Position numbers and translations under genes: made by a program
DNA from: the human T2T-CHM13v2.0 reference genome, Homo sapiens
Assembly: GCA_009914755.4 (NCBI GenBank)
Contig: CP068257.2
Location: 31,264,001-31,328,000, forward strand
DNA length: 64,000 bases
Direction of reading: 5' to 3'
In this document: one piece after another, positions 24,429-37,495 of the stretch
Layout of the letters: every line of letters begins with the position of its first letter
Position numbering within the stretch: position 1 is the stretch's first letter
Notes under the pieces: generated by a model
Databases searched by the model: none
What the model saw: the letters and a program-made list of their open reading frames with translations, nothing else
What the model was told of the DNA's origin: nothing

Positions 24429-25385
24429 CTTTATTTATAAAATGTGATTGGACTGGGATTTCGCCTTGCCTTTTCCATTCTAGAAAGGACTTCAGCACAA
24501 AATAAGAGTAAAATCCTCATGGAATTTGCCATCTGGTTGAAAAGAAAAACTAGTGGCTGAAAATAGTCACGAAGAATTCAAGAACACAGTATAGTGTGTT
24601 ACCTAGAATTATAAGAAGAATTTAAAAAAGGGAGACATTGGGGATTTGTAAGGGCTCCAGGCCAATTCCCTGAAATCAGCTGGGCCTGAGTGGGTGGAGC
24701 AGACGCAGGGAGAGGGCGGAGCTTCTGCCGACCTTGCAGAGTGAGTAGGATGGAAGGGCAGGAGGAGGTCCAAGCGACAAAGGCAGGCATGAGCATGGGG
24801 CCTGCATGCGTCTGGGTGTATGTGGACAGTGGGATGGGAGCTACCTGTGATCAGACCTGCTACATGGAGGCAAGCTGGGGGGTGCAAAGCCAGAGGAGAC
24901 AGATGTGCAGGGGCAGAGGCAAGAGACATTTGGTGAGTGCAGAGGCCACAGCAATCTGGCTTTTTATCTCAGTGACTCTAAGGTCTGTCTTCAGGCTGAT
25001 GGATGTGACAGCATGCCATCACTCGACAGATATTTACTGAGGTTCCCTCTTTGCTTGAGGAACTGTGGGGAATACAAAAATCAGAATATTCTGGACCTGC
25101 CCTCAGGGAGTTTATAATCGAGTCATTCCTTCAACTAATATTTCTTCAAGGACTTCTCTTTGCCAGGCTCTGCTAAGAATAATGGCAAATAATGGTTTCT
25201 TGGTCCCAGCCCTCGTGAGTTTATGGTCAAAGAGAAGAGACAGGCATATTATTTGACTAACTCCATTTCAAGTCAGACTGTGATGAATGTTGTGGCCAAG
25301 GTGGGAACAGAGACTTGTAGGAACACAGATAAGGGTGTGCTTAAGTCTGTCTGTGAGAATCACAGAAACTTCCAGGCACCTTCAA

Positions 25386-25585
25386 GGGCTCTAGAGCAGC
25401 ACTGTCCAGTAGAACTTGCTGGAATGACAGGAATGTTCTTTACCTGCATTGTCCAGTGTGGTAGCCACATATGGCTGTTGAGCACTTGAGATGTGGCTAG
25501 AGTGACTGAGAAGCTGAATTCCTCATTTTAATCCATTGGAATTTAAATAGTCACATGTGATTAGTGGCCACCATATTGGATAGTG
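25386..25585 (+). mobile_element. Probable MER53 palindromic non-autonomous DNA transposon
   Basis: CAGCACTGTCCAGTAGAACTTGCTGGAATGACAGGAATGTTCTTTACCTGCATTGTCCAGTGTGGTAGCCACATATGGCTGTTGAGCACTTGAGATGTGGCTAGAGTGACTGAGAAGCTGAATTCCTCATTTTAAT...AAATAGTCACATGTGATTAGTGGCCACCATATTGGATAGTGCAGC. The two halves are reverse complements of each other, as in MER53. Confidence 0.5.
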
Positions 25586-26500
25586 CAGCTGTAAAATGGT
25601 TAATAAAATGGTAGTGCGGATGACATGACTGGTGGTGCGATTTATTGGAATGACATGTCTTCTTCCTTACAAAGGGCACTTTCCTTCTGTGCAAGGGTAG
25701 CAACATCCTAGAAGCCAGAGAAATAGCTGTTCCTTCAGTAATGCTATATCCCTTTGACCAACATCTCACTATCTTCATAGGCCACACACAGTGGGTGTAT
25801 TGATTGATGCTGGCATAGACACACTGATAGGTAAAAAATGAAAAAGAATTTTAGATATAGAACGTCTTTTCTCCTCTTCTCTTCTAGTCTGAGTTCAAAT
25901 CTCTCCTCTTCTGGCAATGTTTGGTCTTCCCTGGACCATCTTGGAGAGCTGAGAACCCTAAAAGCAGCACCAGCCTGCCCACCAGGGGGCAGCGCACGCA
26001 CCATGAGGTTGTTCACTGGGCTTATCAAGATCTATCTGGCTAGGGTTGTTTTCCAAGGATTGGGAAGAATCGCTTCGGTCCTTCTTTGGAATTTGCTCTG
26101 AAGTCTTCTTCCCTTCATTGCTCCTGTTAGATTCTCCACAACAAGTGAAGAAATGAGGAAATAGATTTCTCTTCCCACATTAAAGCAAAGTTAATAAAAT
26201 GGTCATGGGCACTGGAGAAGTCTTTGGCTTTGGTTTTGTTTATGCGATCATTTTTATGATAAAGATAGGAAAGGAAGAGTCCCAAAGCCAAGGCCATTGA
26301 GAGGAGATGAGTGGGGATTTCCACTCAAGGATGGCGAGTTGAATGCAGGGGTTAGCCTCCAGTCCCTCCTGAAACCCCACTAAAGCAACAACAGGGGAGG
26401 TATTTTGGAAGACATATAAACCTACGGAATGAAGAGAACAGAAGCAATGATAATAGCAATAAAATCTGAAAGTTTGGAAAGCAAATGTAAGTTTGGTAAC

Positions 26501-27077
26501 TGTGATGGTGAATATTAGGTGTCAACTTGATGGGATTGAGGGTGGCTGGTAAGGTATTGTTTCTGGATGTGTCTGTGAGGGTATTGCCAGAGGAAATTGA
26601 CATTGAAGTTGGTGGGCTGGGAGAGGAAAACCCACCCTTTATGTGGGTGGGCACCATCCAATCAGCTGCCAGCAAGGCTAGAGCAGAGCAGACGCAGAAG
26701 GAGAAGGTGCAATGAGCTGGCTTGCTGAAGCTTCTGGCCCTCCTTCTTCTTCCCATGCCAGACACTTGCTTCTGCTCCTCCTGCCCTTGGATATCAGACT
26801 CCAGGTTCTTTGGCCTTTGGACTCTGGGACTTGCATCAACAGTTTCCCTGAGGGTTCTCAGGCCTTTGGCTTAAAGGTTGCAATGTTGGCTTCCCTGGCT
26901 TTGAGGTTTTCGGACTTGAAGTGAGCCACTACCAGCTTCTCACTTTCCCCAGCTTGCAGATGGCCTATTGTGGGACTTTGCCTTGTAATCATGTGAGCCA
27001 ATTCTCCCTAATAAACTCCCTTTTATATATACATGCATCCTATTGGTTCTGACCTCTGGAGAACCTGGACTAATACA
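26501..27077 (-). mobile_element. Solo LTR of the TGTATTAGTCAGGG...CCATCACA family, antisense
   Basis: The right end reads CTGGAGAACCTGGACTAATACAG, the reverse complement of CTGTATTAGTCCAGGTTCTCCAG. The left end reads TGTGATGGTGAATATTAGGTGTCAACTTGATGGGATTGAGGGTGGCTGG, the reverse complement of ...CCCACATGAGAAAGG...CCATCACA. Order is colinear with the 19936-20412 copy. Confidence 0.6.
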
Positions 27078-27599
27078 GTAACTGATGCAACAGGGCTGAG
27101 AAAGCGGAACCATAAGCAGCCAGTGGGGCAAGCTAAAGTCAACCCAGTTGCTCATAAACTGGTGACACCAGAGACCTATGGAAGTGGGAATCAAGGTGGA
27201 TCTACAAGCAGAAGGACAGATTAAACATCCTTCAGGTCCTTTTAAGAAGTAGTTAGATCTCCAGCCTTCCTCGCTTATTCTTCGATGTCAGGCGAGAGAA
27301 ATGTTCGCATTCCAAACGTTGAGATCACTGGTCATTTTCCTGATCATGTTTCCAGAATAATGGTAATAAGGACTATAGCTTCCACGGGAGAGCCGTGAAG
27401 CCTTCACTGCAGCTCTTCCAATAGTATGAGAGGAAAGAGTCATACATACTGCCATCCAAGATTCCCCAGGGAAACGGCCCAAGCAGGTCACTGTGCTGAA
27501 GCCCAGACAAGCCCCATGTAAACGCACAGAGCTTACCATCAGCTGTTAGTGACCCATTATTCAATACGGGGAGATAGTTAAAGACCATTTGGTATTTGA

Positions 27600-27763
27600 G
27601 AACAGCCTCTAAGGCAGAACCAGAGAAAGGTGGAAAGTAACTCAGAGCTAACATAAGTTATAGAAGCTATGAAGGGAGAAGAAATGTTTAAAAATTATTA
27701 ATCATTACTATTCTAAGAATAAGCTATTGCATCCATGGAATAAGAATAAGATACTAATTTTAT
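27600..27763 (+). mobile_element. Old L1 (L1M-like) ORF1-region, left part, split by a nested L1
   Basis: Colinear with L1 ORF1 upstream sequence (GAAGAAATGTTTAAAAA...). It continues at 28943 after the nested insertion and its TSD. Confidence 0.45.
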
Positions 27764-28927
27764 TTTTAATTGACAAATGATAATTGTATTTATTTTATGA
27801 GCTACAAGGTGATGTTTCAGTACATGTATACATTGTGAAGTGATCAGTTCAAGCTAATTAACATATTCATCACCTCAAATAGTTATCATTTCTTTGTGGT
27901 GAGAACATTTAAAATCTACTCTGTTTCCTATTCTTAAATATAATGTATATTAACTATAGTCACCATGCTATGCAACAGATAACCAGAACCTATTTCTCCT
28001 GTCTTTGTACCCTTTGACCAGTATCTCCCCTTTCTCCATTCTCCTTTTCTCCCCTGCCCCAGCATCTGACAATCGCCATTCTTCTCCCTGTTTTCATGAA
28101 TTTGACTTTTTAAGATTCAACATATAAATAAGATCATGTGGTGTTTCTGCTCCAAACCAGTTCTCTCGAACTTAGCCAAATGTCCTCCAGGTTCATCTAT
28201 GTTGTAGTAAATGACAGATGTCCCCTTCTTTTTTTTAAGGCTGAGTAGTATTGCATTTGTGTGTGCGTGTGTGTGTATAAAATATTTTTTATATCAGGCA
28301 CTTTGGTTGTTTCCATATCTTGGCTATTGTGAAGAATGCTGCAGTGAACATGGAAGTGCAGACATCTCTTTAACATACTGACTTCAGTTCCTTTGGATAT
28401 ATACCCAGAAGTGGGGTTGCTGGATCATATGATAATTCTATTTTTAGTTTTTTCAGGAACCTCCATACTGTTTTCCATAATAACTGTACTAATTTACATT
28501 CCTGCCAGCAATATACAAGGGTTCCTTTTCTCCATATCCTCGCCAATACTTATCTTTCAACTTTTTGCTAATAGCCAGTTGAACATGTATAAGGTAATAT
28601 CTCATTGTGGTTTTAATTTTCATTTCTCTAATGATTAGAGATGTTGAGCATTTTTCATATATCTTTTGCTCATTGTATGTCTTCTTTCGAGAAATGTCTA
28701 TTTGTCTTTGGCCATTTTTTAAAGGGGTTATTTGTTTTCTTGTTTTTCAGTAGTTCGAGTTCTTTGTATATTTTGGATGTTAGCTCCTTATGCAATGTGT
28801 AATTTGAAGATATTTTCTCCCGATCTGTAGGTTGCCTCTTCACTCCACTAATTGTTTCCTTTGCTTTGCAGAAGTTTTTTTAGTTTGATGCAATCCATTT
28901 GTCTATTTTTGCTTTTGTTGCTTGTGT
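27764..28927 (-). mobile_element. L1 3' UTR and ORF2 C-terminal region, antisense; nested insertion
   Basis: Antisense L1 3'-end consensus match throughout: TTTTTAATTGACAAATGATAATTGTATTT...GGATATATACCCAGAAGTGGGGTTGCTGGATCATATGATAATTCTATTTTTAGTTTTTTCAGGAACCTCCATACTGTTTTCCATAATAACTGTACTAATTTACATTCCTGCCAGCAATATACAAGGGTTCC...CTCATTGTGGTTTTAATTTTCATTTCTCTAATGATTAGAGATGTTGAGCATTTTTCATATATC. Flanked by a 15-bp direct repeat AAGATACTAATTTTA (27749-27763 and 28928-28942). Confidence 0.8.
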
Positions 28928-28942
28928 AAGATACTAATTTTA

Positions 28943-29979
28943 AACAAACATTCAGAGAACAAACAAAAGTGCTTGGAAACAGGAGAAGTAAAAAAGTTAA
29001 GAAAATCTCTCAGGATATAGAGTAAAAACACGGAAAATAGGAGAGAAGAAATAATGAATTTATAGAACCACACCAGAATGTCAAACATCCAAATATGGAA
29101 AGTAGATTTAGAGACAATGGAAGGCAATTTTCCAAAGAAGCAATTCATGAAAACTTCCCAGGTATCAAGTTCCTGAATCAAGTTCCCAAGGTATCAAGTT
29201 TCACAATTGTACCTAGCACTATGGATGGATGAAAATTTATTCACTGAGACAAATCATTGTGAAATTTCATCATGATGAGAATAAAGAGAAGATCCTACAT
29301 GTTTCCAGAGAGAAAAAAGATAACATGCTTTATACAAAGGATCAACAATCAGAATGTCATTGGACTTCTCCAAAGCAATATGGTGGAAGACAACAGAGAA
29401 ATATTTCACTATTTGAAGAAAAAATATTTCTAAAGGCAGAATTTTATACCCAGCAAAACTATTAATCAAATGTAAGGGTATAAAAAATAGGTTTTCAGAC
29501 ATTCCAGGCCTTATACTAAAGCTATTGGAAGTTTTTTTTTTTTAAATAAAAAAGGAGTAAAATTTTAAAAGAGGAAGATGTATGGTCCAGGAAACAGAGA
29601 CTCCATCATAGAAGGGAGGTGAAGGAAATCTGCACTAATATAATAACTGCATAGTAGACTTATAGGACAACAATCCAGAAGGTTCCAGAAGAGACTGCTT
29701 CAAAAAGATGGAATTATTGTGCTTGAACAAATTGAGAGGAGGGCACAGTTTGGGGACAAATGATTAAAACAAACAAAAAAATTGTCTTTGTTTATAAAAA
29801 ACAAAATATCTACCTATATGGATTAGAGAAAGTAAGTCAGGTAAAAAAGGGAATTTTTAACCTCAGGAAAAGCATAAGTTGTTCAGAAATGGAAAAATAA
29901 ATGTAGTATTTATGGTTCAGTGATTCACAGTATTTAAAGAATTATAACAATGTAAACATTGTTAAAAAGTAAATTGAAG
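28943..29979 (+). mobile_element. Old L1 (L1M-like) ORF1 to ORF2-start region, right part
   Basis: GAGAATAAAGAGAAGATCCTACATGTTTCCAGAGAGAAAAAAGATAACATGCTTTATACAAAGGATCAACAATCAGAATGTCATTGGACTTCTCCAAAGCAATATGGTGGAAGACAACAGAG...TTTTATACCCAGCAAAACTATTAATCAAATGTAAGGG parallels L1 ORF1 (GACAAAGAGAGAATCTTAAAAGCAGCAAGAGAAAAG...CTATACCCAGCAAAGCTATCCTTCAAAAATGAAGG). Confidence 0.5.
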
Positions 29980-30281
29980 CTGGTTGCTCCAGCTTACCCC
30001 TGTAATTTCAGTACTTTGGGAAGCCAAGGTGGAAGGATCACTTGAGGCCAGGAATTTGAGACCAGCCTGGGCAACATAGCGAGACCCTGACTATACAAAA
30101 ACCTTTTTTTAATTAGCCAGGAGTTGCGGTGCACACCTGTAGTCCAGCTACTTGGGAGGCTGAGGCAGGAGGATCCTTTGAGCCCAGGACATTAAGAATT
30201 CAGTGAGCTATAATCGTGCCACTGTACTCTAGTCTGGGTGACAGAGCAAGATCCTGTCTCTAAAAGAAAAATAAAATAAAT
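29980..30281 (+). mobile_element. Alu SINE (AluJ-like) inserted in the old L1; TSD TAAATTGAAGC
   Basis: GCTGGTTGCTCCAGCTTACCCCTGTAATTTCAGTACTTTGGGAAGCCAAGGTGGAAGGATCACTTGAGGCCAGGAATTTGAGACCAGCCTGGGCAACATAGCGAGACCC ... TCTAGTCTGGGTGACAGAGCAAGATCCTGTCTCTAAAAGAAAAATAAAAT. The TSD copy TAAATTGAAGC precedes and follows the element. Confidence 0.9.
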
Positions 30282-30468
30282 TGAAGCACAACTTTAAAGA
30301 ATATATTTGAGCAAACAATGATTCATTAATCAGACAGCTCCAAACGAGGAGTATTCAAGAGCTCCACCAACAGACCACAAAGCAGGAGACTTTTATAGGA
30401 CAGATACAGAAGTAAAGCAAAGAAAAATTTGATTGGATATAGTTATCCAGTTGCCTTATTTGGTCTAT

Positions 30469-30883
30469 GTCCGTTAGTCCATTCTTGCATTGCTATAAAG
30501 AAATACTTGAAGCTGGGTAATTTATAAAGAAAAGAGGTTTAATTGGCTCATGGTTCTGCAGGCTGCACAGGAAGTGTTGTACTGACATCTGCTTCTGGTG
30601 AGGCCTCAGGAAGCTTCCACTGGTGGCGGAAGGTGAAGAGGAAGCCAGTAAGTCATATGACAAGAGCAGGCATGGCGGCGGGGGAGGAGGGCAGGTGCAC
30701 ACACTTTTCAACAACCAGAGTTCACGTGAACTTATAGTGAGAACTCACTCATCACCAAGGGGATGGCTATTCATGAAGGATTCGCCCTCATGATCCAATA
30801 CCTCCCACCAAGCCCCACCTCCAGCACTGGGAATTACATTTCAACATGAGATTTCGGTGGGGACAAACATCCAAACCATATCA
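30469..30883 (-). mobile_element. MaLR solo LTR, MST/THE1-like, antisense
   Basis: GTCCGTTAGTCCATTCTTGCATTGCTATAAAGAAATACTTGAAGCTGGGTAATTTATAAAGAAAAGAGGTTTAATTGGCTCATGGTTCTGCAGGCTG ... GAGATTTCGGTGGGGACAAACATCCAAACCATATCA. Confidence 0.75.
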
Positions 30884-31169
30884 GTCCCACTGGAAAATCC
30901 CTAATTAAATAATTACAAGTTTTTGGCTACTTCTGATTGTTTGGGCTTAAATTATGTTTTTCTTTAATACAGGCATTTGCAAGAAAAATCTGAAGTTAAG
31001 TTTTGCTTATGTTTGCAATCAAGCAAGGTTTAGGTCACTTAAGAGGCCTAACTTGTTTTGTCTGCTCAGAGATTCTTCAGGCCTGACCTCCACTTTAATT
31101 TACTTGAAGAGCATCGAATATGAATCTGCAGAATTTCAGTGAAACTATAGAGGAAGAATGGAGGTAAGG

Positions 31170-31198
31170 GGTGTGTGTGTGTGTATGTGTGTGTGTGC
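31170..31198. repeat. (GT)n microsatellite
   Basis: GTGTGTGTGTGTGTATGTGTGTGTGTG read directly. Confidence 0.9.
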
Positions 31199-31470
31199 GC
31201 CCACAAGCACTTGTGCATGCTCTTGTGTGTATATGTTGTATGTTATGTGAAACAGTAAAATCCTTTTTTATCTGTAGAGGAAGTCAATGTTCAATGCATA
31301 AGATGAAAACACCAAGAAATAGTAATGAAGTCATGTTATTATAGATATATGGATGTAAATATCAAAAGAATCCATTAAAATGAAAGTGATTGCTTTAGAA
31401 TTAGAAAATGGCAGAGGGAAAATGGAGAGTTGAGGAACTGCTCTCTATCATAAGCTTTAAATCTATCTTC

Positions 31471-31790
<320 letters not shown>

Positions 31791-32330
31791 CAAACAATCT
31801 AACCCTAAACTCTGTGGATTTACAACTTTCATTTTAAAAAATTTTAATAAAAGGAAGAGATCAATGGTCAAAATTATAGAGTAGTATAGCAGAATGAGAA
31901 TTAACTAAAAATCACTTCCAGGGACCAGCAGGCTACTATTTGGCAATGGAACAGTTCTGGGTTGGTCCACCCTAAGTGCTAGAGTCTGCCTCTATTCTAG
32001 GTCCCTCCTCAGTACAGGACAATTTGTTTCATGAAACTACCAAGTTGCTTTGTTACTATATATAAAAATTATTCAGATTTATCACGTCACCACCCGCTAT
32101 GAGAATTTACGCAACAAACACCGAGCGCTTGCTTCTCAATGCCTCTTTCTAACGTTGTGTCTCTATTTCTTGTACCATCTCCCCCCACCCACCCTGACAC
32201 ACATTAAATCTAATCAGGGTGTTATCTAGATTTCAATACAAGTTTGACAAGTAGACAAGTATATGAATAAGAGATTAACACAAACTCAAACTGCCCCATG
32301 TGTCCTGTCTTCATGGAAATTAGCTTGTAA

Positions 32331-32628
<298 letters not shown>

Positions 32629-32659
32629 TGAGTTGTTTTTTCTCTTTGTTCTCACATCA

Positions 32660-32803
32660 TCCCTTTCTCCTTCTTGCATATCCCTAAGTTTAAGCCCCAG
32701 GTTATGCCGCATCTCCTTGATGAAGTCTTTCTGATCAGGGTCGGGCTTCCCAAAGATAACTTCTTCGTTCTCTCTCACCCTCTTACTGAAAGGCACCAAC
32801 AGC
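32660..32803 (-). CDS. Candidate internal coding exon (about 127 nt) with an acceptor and a donor; unassigned, hypothetical
   Basis: Minus strand reads ...TTGGTGCCTTTCAG|T AAG AGG GTG AGA GAG AAC GAA GAA GTT ATC TTT GGG AAG CCC GAC CCT GAT CAG AAA GAC TTC ATC AAG GAG ATG CGG CAT AAC CTG GGG CTT AAA CTT AGG GAT ATG CAA GAA GGA GAA AGG GAT GAT|GTGAGA. It has a polypyrimidine-AG acceptor and a GTGAGA donor, and an open frame coding KRVRENEEVIFGKPDPDQKDFIKEMRHNLGLKLRDMQEGERDD. Support is weak and there is no homology check. Confidence 0.2.
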
Positions 32804-33430
32804 TCTTCTTAGCAATGTACTGAGTGCCTGGCACTTAGTGTTGTTTACTTTATTGTTCCAAGCTCCATCTGGGGGCAAGCTCCCCAACTGAGACATTATT
32901 AGTACTCCCTGCATCTACGAAGGACTTCGTTGGAACTTGTAGATTTGGCTCCTGAAACCACACAAAATAAAACAAAATCCTGAACATGCCTACATAAATA
33001 TGCACAAAAACACATTCAGTTCCACTGAATGGTTATTTGATGAAATTGAAATTATTTTTCATTCTTCAGGCATGACCATCATTTTGTTTAAATACAGACT
33101 TCTTATCTTTTAAAGGCATATACTAAATATGTACATATGAAATGGTATAATGTTTGGGATTTGCTTCAAAATAACTTGGTACTTGAAGAGAACTAGGTGG
33201 CAGTGTAAGTAAAATCAGAGGGCCAGGAATTTCTGCTTTTTGTGGCCCAAGGATGGGTAAATAGAGGTAATTTGTGCTATTTCCTCTATTTTTAATTTGT
33301 TAGAAATTTGTATAATAAAATATTAAATACATAAATATATATTTATATCTAAGATATAATTATAATAGATATTAAATATACGTAAGTACATATATATGCA
33401 TTCAATTATGGAATAAAGAGTGTTTGACCT

Positions 33431-33722
33431 GGCCGGGCGTGGTGGCTCATGCCTGTAATTTCAGCACTTTGGGAGGCCGAGGCAGGTGGATCACGAGGTC
33501 AGGAGTTTGAAACCAGCCCGGCCAACATGGTGAAACCCTGTCTCTACTAAAAATACAAAAAATTAGCCAGGCATGGTGGCTGGCGCCTGTAATTCCAGCT
33601 ACTCGGGAGGCTGAAGCGGGAGAATCACTTGACCTGGGAGGTGGAGTTTGCGGTGAGCCGAGATCGCACCATTGCACTCTAATCGGGGCGACAAGAGTGA
33701 AACTCCATCTAAAAAAAAAAAA
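33431..33722 (+). mobile_element. Alu SINE (AluY-like, CpG-rich, young), full length
   Basis: GGCCGGGCGTGGTGGCTCATGCCTGTAATTTCAGCACTTTGGGAGGCCGAGGCAGGTGGATCACGAGGTCAGGAGTTTGAAACCAGCCCGGCCAACATGGTGAAACCCTGTCTCTACTAAAAATACAAAAAATTAGCCAGGCATGGTGGCTGGCGCCTGTAATTCCAGCTACTCGGGAGGCTGAAGCGGGAGAATCACTTGACCTGGGAGGTGGAGTTTGCGGTGAGCCGAGATCGCACCATTGCACTCTAATCGGGGCGACAAGAGTGAAACTCCATCTAAAAAAAAAAAAG. TSD AGTGTTTGAC. Confidence 0.9.
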
Positions 33723-34309
33723 GTGTTTGACTTTAATGAGTTATTACTTCCTGGCTTAACCCCTTTTACTTTACAGAAAAGACATAAAAAAGTGAAATTA
33801 CTTGTCTAAGTTCACAATAATGGCTGACTGTGACAATGCTGGGCCTAGACTTCAGATCTAATCATTCTAAGTGTAGTGGACTCGGAGATAGCTGAGATAG
33901 AGGAGGTGGCGGGGGAGAAGTGCTAACTGCTTTATTCTCTCATCTGAAAGCTTTAAGTCTGTTAAAAATAGAACTTGCCTAGTCAAAGTAATACTCTCAG
34001 CTATTATTATTCAATTATACCTTGGTGTGAATGAGTGTGACATCCTTTTCTGAGAAATAACCCATTAAAGAACCACAGAGGAGAAAAGAGTAGAGGCTGG
34101 AGAAAGTGCAGGACTTGAAAGACAAGGAGTCTAACCATACATTTTATCTACTCAAAATGTAGAGCAGATGCACCAGAAAATATTAACAGTGGCTATCTCT
34201 GGGTGTTAGGATAAGAGTTGCTTTTGTTTTGTTTTAGTTTTTTTATATTTTCCAAGTTTTCTGCCTAATACACATATTACTTTTATCATTCATTCTTTGT
34301 TATCTAACA

Positions 34310-34603
<294 letters not shown>

Positions 34604-35082
34604 TTTGCCCCAACCTTTTTGGTACCAGGGACCAGTTTCACGGAAGACAATTTTTCCATGGATGGGGTGCGGGGGGATGGTTTCAGAATAATTCAAGTGC
34701 ATTACGCTTATTGTGCACTGATTTCTATTATTATTACATTGTGATAGACAATGAAATAATTATACAACTCACCATAATGTAGAATCAGTAGGAACCTGAG
34801 CTTGTTTTCCTGCAACTAGGTGGTCCCATCTAGGGGTGAGGGGAGACAGTGACAGGTCATCATGCATTAGATTCTCATAAATAGCAGCAATCTAGATCCC
34901 TCGCATGCGCAGTTCACAATAGCGTTCATGCTTCTCTGAGAATCTAATGCTGCCTCTGATCTGACAGGAGGTGGAGCTGAGGCAGTAATGCGAGTGATGG
35001 GGAGCAGCTGTAAATACAGATGAAGCTTGGCTCGCTTGCCTGCTGCTCAGCTCCTGCTGTGCGGGCTGGTTCCTAACGAGCA
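34604..35082 (+). mobile_element. Palindromic DNA-transposon-derived element (recognisable dispersed family; name not asserted)
   Basis: CCCCAACCTTTTTGGTACCAGGGACCAGTTTCACGGAAGACAATTTTTCCATGGATGGGGTGCGGGGGGATGGTTTCAGAATAATTCAAGTGCATTACGCTTATTGTGCAC...GGTGGTCCCATCTAGGGGTGAGGGGAGACAGTGACAGGTCATCATGCATTAGATTCTCATAAATAGCAGCAATCTAGATCCCTCGCATGCGCAGTTCACAATAGCGTTCATGCTTCTCTGAGAATCTAATGCTGCCTCTGATCTGACAGGAGGTGGAGCTGAGGCAGTAATGCG...CTGCTGTGCGGGCTGGTTCCTAACGAGC. Internal inverted repeats are GCATTAGATTCTCA and TGAGAATCTAATGC. Confidence 0.4.
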
Positions 35083-35715
35083 AGAAGAAACCTGGAGGAC
35101 ACTTTGGTTTCATCAAGCAACACTTGCCACCAGGAAGGCGTTGAGTGCCAATTCCACACCCAATACCCCCAGGTAGAGGAAGTCTTGGGCCTTGGGGTTT
35201 GCAGTCTAGTTTCCTGGTAGTGTCTGTCATGGGGCTGAAGACCAAGCTTCGTCTTCATGCTAGACTTTGCCCATTTGGATATTTCATATCTTGAGAGGCA
35301 AAGAGAGCTTCTGCAATGTTTGAGGCCAAAATTCAAAGCAGAGCCAGGCCCAGGAATCCCATCAAGCAAGGCCTGTTGCCCATTCTGCTACGATTCAGAT
35401 AACTTTTGAGAATATAAATGGCTCCCTGGGCCACTGTCTTAATCTTTCTATACCTTGGTGAGGCTTCTGTTAATGGTAGAATCTAGATGAAGGATAGTTT
35501 GGGCCACTTCGTAAATGTGGGTAGTGATCTTATTCAGATTAGATGATTTTGTTCAGATTAGGATGCCAAAAGTCTGGAACAAGGCAAGACCAGAAAGTCT
35601 GGTTAGGCAAGAGGCAAATGGTTTAAAACAGAGACCTTCACAATTTGGCAAGCTTTTAAATTACTTGGAGTATGCAAAATACAGTTGCCTGGACCTTACC
35701 CGAGACCCACGGGAA

Positions 35716-35735
35716 AACAACAACAACAACAACAG
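35716..35735. repeat. (CAA)n microsatellite
   Basis: AACAACAACAACAACAACA read directly. Confidence 0.85.
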
Positions 35736-35858
35736 GGCAGGTTCCATGGATCTGTGCCGGGCTATTCCCCCAGAGAAATCAGGGAAAATTATGGATGTCC
35801 ATAATTCCAGACAGAATTATAGGTCCCTGAGCTTGGTTTGCTGAGATAACATGTTGCT

Positions 35859-35889
35859 TTTCTCTCTCTCTCTCTTTTTCTCTCTCTCA
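35859..35889. repeat. (CT)n microsatellite
   Basis: TTTCTCTCTCTCTCTCTTTTTCTCTCTCTC read directly. Confidence 0.85.
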
Positions 35890-36240
35890 ATGTCTCTCCC
35901 TTTTCAAAAGTAGATGTCACCTTTCTGATCCAATGCTTGATTGCTAGGTGGGCTGAACCAGAAGCATCACGTCTAGTTAGTCTAGATGTGGATGCAATTC
36001 AGTAATCATAAACATTAGAGCTAGAATATTGTAGGTAATTGATGTAACCAAATGAAGAACCGGAGACCCAGAGATGAAAAGTTCCTTGCCCAGATCTGCA
36101 AACTCACATCCAGGTTGCTCCCTGCCTACCCTCATCTCTTACAAGCCAGCATCCTTTTACAGCAGACTGTGGGCCCCAAAGCACAGCTGTGGACAAGAGG
36201 GCACTGTACATTCACCCCAAGGCCACCAGGGGCTTGGTCA

Positions 36241-36595
<355 letters not shown>

Positions 36596-36982
36596 ACAAA
36601 ACCCACTTCCTTTCACCTTAGCACCCTAATGAGTAACAAGGAAGTTCAGAGATGAGTTCCTTTGCCCCAGCCTCTGCAGCAATGTGTTTTGAGAGCGCTG
36701 GGCTCCCTCGTGGTGCAGAGAGGGGACATCATCTTGCAGTGGACTTTCACAGCAGACCACACCTAAGAAGCAAAAATCCAGTCCATGTAGAGTGCATCCT
36801 CAGGCTCTAGGGGCCCATGGTCCCCTGTTCCTTGCACCATCAGATAGTCCCATGTGTGGGTCGCTGGCCTTGTTTCTGGTACCTTGCAGGGAGACCAGGC
36901 CAAGTGTGAAAATCCACCAGGGCCCTTTGCAAGCCCAAATTGAGGATTTTGTGGCCGCATTAAAATGCCTTTCTCCTTCTGA

Positions 36983-37495
<513 letters not shown>

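Noticed and set aside
26352-26765. 137-aa minus-strand ORF, the second-longest in the track
   Set aside because: It lies inside the antisense solo LTR (26501-27077) and adjacent sequence. It is low-complexity and Cys/Ser-rich, with no start context or splice signals, so it is a chance ORF in repeat DNA.
27764-29979. Twin-priming 5' inversion as the explanation for adjacent antisense and sense L1 segments
   Set aside because: The antisense segment is bracketed by its own 15-bp direct repeat. The sense segments on both sides are colinear ORF1 sequence far from the ORF2 breakpoint. Twin priming would leave no TSD at the internal junction and would join nearby consensus positions, so a nested insertion fits better.
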